Positions 1-4,869 of a stretch of 12,955 nt of DNA are shown here, one piece after another. This DNA is from a virus. The translations under genes were made by a program, and so were the position numbers. The stretch is from the IMG/VR virus record IMGVR_UViG_3300027746_001082. The stretch is one strand, 5' to 3'. The notes beneath the pieces are model-generated. The model was not told the origin of the DNA. It made no database searches and worked only from the letters and a program-made list of their open reading frames with translations. Each line of letters opens with the position of its first letter. The first letter of the stretch is position 1.

Positions 1-127
1 GGACAAATGGTATCGGCCACTTTATTTAATATGGTATGTACAAATGATAATTTAATAGATAGTGCTACTTTTTATTATCAATTATATGTAAATGTAAATT
101 TTCAAGTAGCTGACGGAGTATTATCAA
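1..127. repeat. Terminal overlap copy A, identical to 12829-12955; marks circular closure
   Basis: Base-for-base identity over 127 nt with the last 127 nt of the window, in direct orientation at the two ends. A 127-nt overlap is what a k-mer assembler leaves on a circular contig. Confidence 0.9.
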
Positions 128-225
128 TGAGTGGTGCAGATTATATTGCCTATTCAACCAGCACTACTGCAAATGATTATGCTTACCAATGGGGTGCAAC
201 ACAATTAAATCTTACCTTAGTTTAA
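1..225 (+). CDS. 3' part of an 86-aa hypothetical beta-rich protein that spans the circle junction
   Basis: The frame is open from base 1 (gga caa ATG...) to TAA at 223-225. In the duplicate copy the same frame starts at ATG 12793. The joined ORF reads MKQILPVSIWYNGQMVSATLF...LNLTLV. It has no TM segment and lies directly after the fibre gene. Confidence 0.6.
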   Translation, partial: GQMVSATLFNMVCTNDNLIDSATFYYQLYVNVNFQVADGVLSMSGADYIAYSTSTTANDYAYQWGATQLNLTLV

Positions 226-240
226 TCAAATACAATATAT

Positions 241-405
241 ATGGAAAACCAAAAAGCCCTAGAATTAATTAAAGCCTTAATTGATGAATCAATTAAAAAA
301 GGTGTATTACTAAACATTGATACGGCAGTACAAGTCGCAGAAGCGTTTAATACAATCGTTAAGGCAATTCAAAACAATGCTTCCAATGAGGCACAAATTG
401 ATTAA
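241..405 (+). CDS. Hypothetical 54-aa helical protein, below the ORF-track length cutoff
   Basis: ATG 241 to TAA 403-405 gives MENQKALELIKALIDESIKKGVLLNIDTAVQVAEAFNTIVKAIQNNASNEAQID. It fills the gap between neighbouring genes, and its stop is 1 nt before the next ATG (407). Confidence 0.45.
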   Translation: MENQKALELIKALIDESIKKGVLLNIDTAVQVAEAFNTIVKAIQNNASNEAQID

Positions 406-406
406 G

Positions 407-583
407 ATGACTGATAAAAATGGTATAAGTGGTGCTATTGCTAGTGTAGGTACTTACATATTAAGTATTAACCAAATTAACGCCTATATGTCGTTATTTT
501 TGGGCTTACTCTCTGGTATTAGTTCCATTTATACCATTTTACATATTTACAAAATAAACAAAAAGAAAAATGAAAAATCCTAA
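407..583 (+). CDS. Holin-like small membrane protein (58 aa, two hydrophobic segments, basic C-terminus)
   Basis: ATG at 407 inside track ORF 317..583 gives MTDKNGISGAIASVGTYILSI...MSLFLGLLSGISSIYTILHIYKINKKKNEKS. The longer 317 start uses a non-ATG codon and overlaps ORF 241..405. The gene lies just upstream of the lysozyme gene. Confidence 0.55.
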   Translation: MTDKNGISGAIASVGTYILSINQINAYMSLFLGLLSGISSIYTILHIYKINKKKNEKS

Positions 584-731
584 AACAACTATATTCGGTT
601 TACTTGCTGCTATAAGTGGCTACTTTGCAACTGCTGGTACTGGTAAAGTACAAGTTATTGCTCAAGCAATAGCTGGCATATCTACATTTTTATTGGGTGG
701 CGTAGCAGCTGATTCTAAAAAAGATAATTAA
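570..731 (+). CDS. Second holin/antiholin-like small membrane protein (53 aa, two TM)
   Basis: ATG 570 to TAA 729-731 gives MKNPKTTIFGLLAAISGYFATAGTGKVQVIAQAIAGISTFLLGGVAADSKKDN. It overlaps the previous ORF by 14 nt and ends 8 nt before the lysozyme start. It is not in the ORF track because it is short. Confidence 0.5.
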   Translation: MKNPKTTIFGLLAAISGYFATAGTGKVQVIAQAIAGISTFLLGGVAADSKKDN

Positions 732-739
732 TTGACTAT

Positions 740-1285
740 ATGGCTAGTAAGAAAAAAGTATTAGCTACTTTAGTTATAACTACAATAGTATTATATATGT
801 TACGAAAACGCATAGCTACGGTTTTAAATAATACGCCTTTTGCTTTAGTTAGCGATAAGCTATTTAATGTAATATCAAGTTTAGAGGGATTTATAGCAAT
901 ACCTATTTGGGACTATATGCAATATTCAGTTGGTTATGGATCTGGTTATAATTGGGATTTAAAAAGACCGGTTATAAAAACTGATGTAATTGATAAAGAA
1001 ACGGCTAAAAAGTGGCTTTTATTAGAAGCCCAAGACAAATATGACTTTGTTATGAGTAAGGTTAGGGTACCAGTTACCGATAACCAGTTATTAGCTATGG
1101 CTAGTTTTACCTATAATGAAGGGGAAAATGCTTTTGCTAATAGTACATTACTTAGATTGCTTAATGAGGGGGTTAGTAAGGACAAAGTAGCCCTACAATT
1201 TGATAGGTGGGTATATGCTGGGGGAAAGGTTAGTAGTGGCTTAAAAAAGCGTAGAATGGCTGAAAAACGACTATTTTTATCATAG
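740..1285 (+). CDS. Endolysin: GH24 phage lysozyme (PF00959-like) with an N-terminal membrane anchor or SAR-like segment
   Basis: The catalytic region SSLEGFIAIPIWDYMQYSVGYGSG fits the E-x8-D...(T/S)-x-GYG pattern. Later motifs LLAMASFTYNEGENAFANSTLLRLLN and FDRWVYAGGKVSSGLKKRRMAEKRLF are typical of lambda/T4-type lysozymes. The N-terminus has a hydrophobic stretch, VLATLVITTIVLYML. Confidence 0.9.
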   Translation: MASKKKVLATLVITTIVLYMLRKRIATVLNNTPFALVSDKLFNVISSLEGFIAIPIWDYMQYSVGYGSGYNWDLKRPVIKTDVIDKETAKKWLLLEAQDKYDFVMSKVRVPVTDNQLLAMASFTYNEGENAFANSTLLRLLNEGVSKDKVALQFDRWVYAGGKVSSGLKKRRMAEKRLFLS

Positions 1286-1312
1286 GTTGGGGTTTTTGCA
1301 TAGTATAAAGGT

Positions 1313-1339
1313 AAAGGGGTATTTCTATACCCCTTTTTT
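1313..1339 (+). terminator. Intrinsic terminator ending the long plus-strand operon, at the convergence point with minus-strand genes
   Basis: The sequence is aaaGGGGTATttctATACCCCtttttt: a 7-bp G/C-containing stem extendable by AAA/TTT, a 4-nt loop and a T6 run. The stop codon of minus ORF 1325..1516 lies in the loop. The minus direction has only UUU after the stem. Confidence 0.7.
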
Positions 1340-1516
1340 AATGTATATACGTTCTACATATAATCTAGTATCCTTTTCGTACAAGTTAAAATACTCGGCA
1401 TTTAGGGATTTAGCAAAAGTTATAAAATTATTAATACTAGAAATATTATGATATTTACGAACTGGCTGGATATTATCCTTGAAAAAAACAATAGCACTAT
1501 ACAACTTTTTAGCCAT
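1325..1516 (-). CDS. Hypothetical protein (63 aa)
   Basis: Track ORF with an ATG start, placed 1 nt after the stop of the upstream gene, so packing is tight. I recognise no motif. Confidence 0.55.
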   Translation of the reverse strand: MAKKLYSAIVFFKDNIQPVRKYHNISSINNFITFAKSLNAEYFNLYEKDTRLYVERIYIKKGV

Positions 1517-1517
1517 T

Positions 1518-1754
1518 TTAAAGGGGTTTATCGTTTATAGCGAAGTATCTAACATTATCTTGGGTAACTGCTCTAATTTTGCGTTTAACTACCAGCGGTG
1601 CAACTGCTCGTAATATAGTAAATCTTTGCCATTTAGTAATCTCTTGCAAATCCTTTAAACTTACTACTTTGCGTTCTAATATAATAAAATATATTTTTGT
1701 TTTATTTGTCATAGTGGTATATTTGTGATGAAAAGTGTTAGAGTAGGCAATCAT
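1518..1754 (-). CDS. Small winged-helix/HTH-like DNA-binding candidate (78 aa; alternative ATG at 1712 gives 64 aa)
   Basis: The segment VVSLKDLQEITKWQRFTILRAVAPLVVKRKIRAV looks like a helix-turn-helix recognition helix plus wing. ATG 1754 lies 5 nt after the repeated CTGACTATAAAAT motif, mirroring the arrangement at 4087. Confidence 0.45.
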   Translation of the reverse strand: MIAYSNTFHHKYTTMTNKTKIYFIILERKVVSLKDLQEITKWQRFTILRAVAPLVVKRKIRAVTQDNVRYFAINDKPL

Positions 1755-1759
1755 TGTCT

Positions 1760-1772
1760 ATTTTATAGTCAG
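1760..1772 (-). promoter_or_regulatory. Repeated motif site 1: CTGACTATAAAAT on the minus strand
   Basis: The plus strand reads attttatagtcag. The core TTATAGTCAG is identical to 3002-3011 and 4099-4108. The site lies 5 nt upstream of ATG 1754. A second CTGACT sits 11 nt further upstream on the minus strand. Confidence 0.5.
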
Positions 1773-1809
1773 CGAGAAGTCAGCCTAAAAACTGGCTTCT
1801 CGTTTTTTT
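1773..1809 (+). terminator. Plus-strand-oriented intrinsic terminator inside the minus-strand gene block
   Basis: CGAGAAGTCAG (1773-1783) pairs with CTGGCTTCTCG (1792-1802), giving 11 bp with one G-U pair, an 8-nt loop and T7 at 1803-1809. On the minus strand the stem is followed by cugacuauaaaa, which is not a U tract. Confidence 0.55.
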
Positions 1810-1827
1810 ATGACTACAAACTAACCA

Positions 1828-1956
1828 TTAGTATTTTTTTATTTTTGAGTTATTAATTATATGCTCTATAAAAGCTATTAACATTATCCATAAAGTACAT
1901 ACAATAGCCATAGGAAGTATAAAAAATATCAAATAAAGTCTTTTTAGAATTGTCAT
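1828..1956 (-). CDS. Possible 42-aa single-TM peptide
   Basis: ATG 1956 to TAA 1828-1830 gives MTILKRLYLIFFILPMAIVCTLWIMLIAFIEHIINNSKIKKY. It fills the gap between the helicase gene and the hairpin, but it is short and could be a chance ORF. Confidence 0.25.
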   Translation of the reverse strand: MTILKRLYLIFFILPMAIVCTLWIMLIAFIEHIINNSKIKKY

Positions 1957-2026
1957 ATATCCCTATTTATTAGTTTATAAAATAATTTTTTAGCTAGTTC
2001 CCAAATTAGTATTGTTATAATTATCT

Positions 2027-2887
2027 TCATAATATCTTATAATTGTTTTTACTATCTTTTACAATATAGTTTTTACTTATCCATAATTTAATTAAGTTTT
2101 TAGCAAAGGCTTTACTGGTAGCAGTCCTTTCAATAATTTCGCTGGATATATCATTGTAAGGCATTGGCATAGTAACTATTTGATGTAACAAGCGTTTACT
2201 TTCAATTTCATCAATATCCGTAGCTTTTTTACCAGTATTTTTTTGCTTTTCAGTTTCTATCTGCTGGAATATCCCATTAAAATTCATTAATGTAATTGGT
2301 TCAAAATCCGAATCACTACGCATAAACCTACTAGATAGTACATAAGTATTTTTATCTTTATCTTTTGTAATATCTAAAGTAGATTGAGCAAAACGATCGC
2401 TGGCACTACCAATATGTCCAGTAGTGGCTAAATTGCTTTTTGACTGATGCAAAACTGATATTAATAAAATATTAAATTGCTTTGTTATCTTTTTTAACCA
2501 GCTAGTCAATAAACTACTTTCTTTTTCATCATTGTAATTAACTAGCAAATCTAAAAGTCCGTCAACAATCAATATAGAGCAATCTAGGTTTAATTCTAAA
2601 TAGCGTTCTATCATTTGTTTAATGGCGTTGCTGGAATCCTCACGTACTTGGAAAGCGTCAAAATAAGGTGGCAGATCGTTAATCTCAGCAAATCCTTTAA
2701 TTTTTTTAATAGTCCTATAAAAGTCGTAATCGCTACTTTCAGTATCAATTAAACATACTTTAGCCCTACTGGGGGGAGTATGCAATTTCATTGTGAAAAT
2801 ATCATAGGTATTAAATACGCTACTTATCATAGCACAAATAAAGGTTGATTTACCAGCTTTTGTTACGGCAACCCAGAAAATATACAA
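2027..2887 (-). CDS. RecA-fold P-loop NTPase, AAA_25/RepA (RSF1010)-type or DnaB-C-like replicative helicase, with a C-terminal winged-helix-like tail
   Basis: Walker A is AVTKAGKST (aa 7-15). It is followed by KVCLIDTESSDYDFYRTI, Walker B CSILIVDGLLDL and the sensor-like VLHQSKSNLATTGHIGSASDRF. The track start is TTG and the P-loop sits almost at the N-terminus, so the 5' end is doubtful (see 2863..3021). Confidence 0.8.
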   Translation of the reverse strand: MYIFWVAVTKAGKSTFICAMISSVFNTYDIFTMKLHTPPSRAKVCLIDTESSDYDFYRTIKKIKGFAEINDLPPYFDAFQVREDSSNAIKQMIERYLELNLDCSILIVDGLLDLLVNYNDEKESSLLTSWLKKITKQFNILLISVLHQSKSNLATTGHIGSASDRFAQSTLDITKDKDKNTYVLSSRFMRSDSDFEPITLMNFNGIFQQIETEKQKNTGKKATDIDEIESKRLLHQIVTMPMPYNDISSEIIERTATSKAFAKNLIKLWISKNYIVKDSKNNYKIL

Positions 2888-3021
2888 AAGTTTTGGAGTG
2901 ATCCTATATGTTTACCTTGAATAGTAAATATAATATTTTCCTTGCTTGGTATATATGCTGGGTTGTATTTGCGTTTTTTTAGTAATTCATCAATGTTTAT
3001 CTTATAGTCAGTATTTTCCAC
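2863..3021 (-). CDS. 52-codon open frame abutting the helicase gene; likely its displaced N-terminal segment
   Basis: GTG 3021 to TAA 2863-2865 gives (M)ENTDYKINIDELLKKRKYNPAYIPSKENIIFTIQGKHIGSLQNFCIFSGLP. It overlaps the helicase frame by 25 nt and is offset by one base. The overlap contains the A4 and T4 runs ccaaaacttttgtatattttctgg. Confidence 0.4.
   Translation of the reverse strand: MENTDYKINIDELLKKRKYNPAYIPSKENIIFTIQGKHIGSLQNFCIFSGLP
3002..3013 (-). promoter_or_regulatory. Repeated motif site 2: TACTGACTATAA on the minus strand
   Basis: The plus strand reads ttatagtcagta, the same 12-mer as 4099-4110. It lies at the 5' end of the helicase region. Confidence 0.45.
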
Positions 3022-3087
3022 ATTTAAAAATTTTCAAGTAAAGCACAAACTAAAAAAGCAATTAATACAAAAAGTACTGCATTTCCA

Positions 3088-3420
3088 TTAATGGTTGTAA
3101 ATAACCATTTCATCATTTTTATCATTTGTTAAGGTTTTAGTTTTTTCTTCAATAAGATTTAAAAAGTCAATAGCATCATCAATAGCAATATCCATAATAA
3201 ATAAATTTATTGCTCTATATTCTTTTTTACTATCGTCTTGATTATATTCTTCTTGATTCATAATTGCTATTTCATTTTCATTACTATCAATTTTATAACT
3301 TTTATATAATTCAAGAGCAAAATGCTCTAATTTAGATAGTCCAGGAATAGGCACTACTAAGCGTTTAAAATTGTCTTGTAATGGTACTACTGGATAAGCT
3401 GGCTGAGTTAAATTATTCAT
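3088..3420 (-). CDS. Hypothetical acidic protein (110 aa)
   Basis: Track ORF with an ATG start that overlaps the upstream gene stop by 8 nt. Acidic stretches include NQEEYNQDD and IDDAIDFLNLIEE. I recognise no motif. Confidence 0.6.
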   Translation of the reverse strand: MNNLTQPAYPVVPLQDNFKRLVVPIPGLSKLEHFALELYKSYKIDSNENEIAIMNQEEYNQDDSKKEYRAINLFIMDIAIDDAIDFLNLIEEKTKTLTNDKNDEMVIYNH

Positions 3421-3607
3421 TTGTATTAAGTTTTAATGGTTCTGCTTCATAAATTTTGTAATCTGGTTGCGTAGGTTTCATCTTAAATTCATTTTTCCAC
3501 ATTGTATATAGTTTTCCTTCAATAGTAAAACTGATATAGGTTTTACTATTTTTTGTGGATTTGTCCCAAGCACCGATACTTTGTTTTTTTTCAGTTTCGT
3601 TTTGCAT
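3413..3607 (-). CDS. Hypothetical 64-aa protein, weakly reminiscent of the DUF736 pattern
   Basis: Internal ATG 3607 gives MQNETEKKQSIGAWDKSTKNSKTYISFTIEGKLYTMWKNEFKMKPTQPDYKIY. The IGaW...yiS..i.g....w.N..K...qPDY.I pattern resembles DUF736 from memory only. The longer 3682 start would overlap ORF 3655..3801. Confidence 0.5.
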   Translation of the reverse strand: MQNETEKKQSIGAWDKSTKNSKTYISFTIEGKLYTMWKNEFKMKPTQPDYKIYEAEPLKLNTNE

Positions 3608-3654
3608 TTTTTTAAATTTTGAGTTTTTGCTAATAATAAAAAGTAGTTCATAAT

Positions 3655-3801
3655 TTATTGTGTTAAAAAGTCTATATGGCATTTTGCACTGGTTAAAGTA
3701 CTATGCTCGGACATATCCATTTGAACAATATAAATTTTTGGAGTTAAGTGATCGTATAAGGTTTCAAAAATAATATAACCTAAATAATATATTTTTTTCA
3801 T
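3655..3801 (-). CDS. Possible 48-aa hypothetical protein
   Basis: ATG 3801 lies 1 nt after the stop of ORF 3803..4087, and the stop TAA is at 3655-3657. The sequence is MKKIYYLGYIIFETLYDHLTPKIYIVQMDMSEHSTLTSAKCHIDFLTQ. It fills an otherwise empty gap of about 190 nt. Confidence 0.3.
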   Translation of the reverse strand: MKKIYYLGYIIFETLYDHLTPKIYIVQMDMSEHSTLTSAKCHIDFLTQ

Positions 3802-3802
3802 T

Positions 3803-4087
3803 TTATAAATTTTTTAAGTGTTGATTAAGTGAGGATATATCTTTTTCGTATTGATCTATGCTATCTTCTAAAATATTGATTATTTCACTAGGCAGATGAA
3901 ATGGTAGCATATCATTTGTAATATGTATCATTTTAATTTCTGCTGATTCATTAGCAGTAAATAAAATAGAAACATCTCGGTACTGGTTTAATTGATAAAT
4001 TTCAACCAGCTTTTCTTTTTTTCGTACAATTTTTTGAATTTCAAGCAATACGGCGTTGGTATTACTCAATGAGTGGTAATTAATCAT
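3803..4087 (-). CDS. Hypothetical protein (94 aa), first gene of the minus-strand block
   Basis: Track ORF. Its ATG lies 8 nt downstream of the CTGACTATAAAAT motif. I recognise no family. Confidence 0.6.
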   Translation of the reverse strand: MINYHSLSNTNAVLLEIQKIVRKKEKLVEIYQLNQYRDVSILFTANESAEIKMIHITNDMLPFHLPSEIINILEDSIDQYEKDISSLNQHLKNL

Positions 4088-4095
4088 TTTTTTAA

Positions 4096-4110
4096 ATTTT
4101 ATAGTCAGTA
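4096..4110 (-). promoter_or_regulatory. Repeated motif site 3: TACTGACTATAAAAT on the minus strand; candidate early promoter or operator
   Basis: The plus strand reads attttatagtcagta. It shares 13 nt with site 1 and 12 nt with site 2, and lies 8 nt upstream of ATG 4087 at the head of the minus-strand block. It contains a TATAAAAT element. Confidence 0.5.
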
Positions 4111-4215
4111 AAATAGAATAACGATATAAAATAAAGGATATTATATCAAACTACCAAAATATTTAATATAATATCTATTTTTAAAGGTCAAAAGTGTTAA
4201 AATAATAGTGTTTTA

Positions 4216-4319
4216 GGGGTATTTCTGTTTTATTAGATTTCTTGTTGCGAGCTTATGCTCGGCAAAAGCAAATCTAATAAAAATAAAACAAGAAAAAGAC
4301 ATTTACCCGATTTTTTTTT
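4216..4319 (+). other. Long imperfect palindrome/hairpin ending in T9: candidate origin element or structured small RNA
   Basis: Exact 13-nt arms TTTTATTAGATTT (4228-4240) and AAATCTAATAAAA (4270-4282) flank an apical CGAGC-ttat-GCTCG at 4248-4261. Outer pairs are GTTTTA/TAAAAC and GGGTA (4217-4221)/TACCC (4304-4308). A T9 run follows at 4311-4319. Confidence 0.5.
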
Positions 4320-4443
4320 CCACAAGCCTAAAAATTTAACATTTCTAGGCATTTTTTACTCAATTTTGAGTAGTTTATAAACAAAAACAATAAAATTTTG
4401 TTATTTTAAATTATTGCCTTAATTTTATGGTAATTAGATTTTT

Positions 4444-4869
4444 ATGACTAAAAAGAATTGGTGGTTACTTCCAGCAACAATTATTGGGTATTTAGTTTAT
4501 AAAAAATATGTATTAGCAAAAAGCACTTCAGTTTTTTTTAAGTCTATTGATTTTAGTAGTATGAGTTTATTATATCCTACTATTAATATTATAGTACAAG
4601 TTAATAACCCTACTGATATTACGGCAACTATTCAAAATATTAAAGGAGATCTATATTTAAACAATGTATATGTAGGTAATGTAATAGGTATAACGCCTAC
4701 AATTTTACAAACTGGTAGCTCTACTTTAAGAATACCAGTAACTTTATCATATACTGGTGTTGCATCTTTAATAAAAGGATTTAGTACTGGTGGAATAAAA
4801 TTAAAATTTAATGGTAGTATATTAGTAGATTTTATTACTTTACCTTTAGATTTTGAGTATAATATATGA
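4444..4869 (+). CDS. Membrane-anchored LEA_2/WHy-like (LEA14-type, PF03168-like) beta-sandwich protein
   Basis: The N-terminal TM is WWLLPATIIGYLVY. It is followed by INIIVQVNNPTDITATIQNIKGDLYLNNVYVGNVIGITPTILQTGSSTLRIPVTL, which fits the v.NPN.f.i.i..i.y.l.lng..ig.g....i.a.g...l.vpv pattern of LEA type 2 proteins. Confidence 0.6.
   Translation: MTKKNWWLLPATIIGYLVYKKYVLAKSTSVFFKSIDFSSMSLLYPTINIIVQVNNPTDITATIQNIKGDLYLNNVYVGNVIGITPTILQTGSSTLRIPVTLSYTGVASLIKGFSTGGIKLKFNGSILVDFITLPLDFEYNI

Noticed and set aside
1-127. The 127-nt direct repeat at both window ends could be read as biological terminal repeats (DTR/LTR), or as a duplicated gene fragment.
   Set aside because: The copies are perfectly identical, sit exactly at the two ends and cut through an ORF that is continuous across the junction. 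That is what linearising a circular or circularly permuted assembly produces. I treat it as closure evidence, not as a mobile-element boundary. A true short DTR cannot be excluded without read-end data.
317-406. Track ORF 317..583 has an 88-aa version with a long N-terminal extension (MIRQYKSQKRLIQ...).
   Set aside because: It starts at a non-ATG codon and overlaps, out of frame, the well-placed ORF 241..405. The extension is a basic low-complexity read of another gene's frame. ATG 407, 1 nt after that gene's stop, gives a sensible 58-aa 2-TM protein.
734-741. TGACTATA on the plus strand overlaps the endolysin ATG and partially matches the CTGACTATAA motif.
   Set aside because: Only 8 nt match, the site is on the other strand relative to the three full sites, and it lies inside a tightly packed operon. 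It is most likely coincidence in AT-rich DNA.
1884-1892. TTATCCATA is one mismatch from the DnaA-box consensus TTATCCACA.
   Set aside because: It is a single imperfect copy with no cluster of boxes, and such 9-mers arise easily in AT-rich sequence. It is not enough to call a DnaA-dependent origin.
3608-3682. The track ORF 3413..3682 has a longer 89-aa form starting at ATG 3682.
   Set aside because: The extra 25 residues (MPYRLFNTINYELLFIISKNSKFKK) overlap the candidate ORF 3655..3801. The internal ATG 3607 begins the part with a recognisable sequence pattern. The start remains uncertain.
4360-4400. A Bacteroidota-type promoter for the plus operon may be present: TTTG at 4365-4368 and TAAAATTTTG at 4391-4400.
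   Set aside because: The -7 element does not fit TAnnTTTG exactly, and the spacing to the upstream TTTG is longer than the usual roughly 19-21 nt. A promoter must exist in this gap, but I cannot place it from sequence alone.
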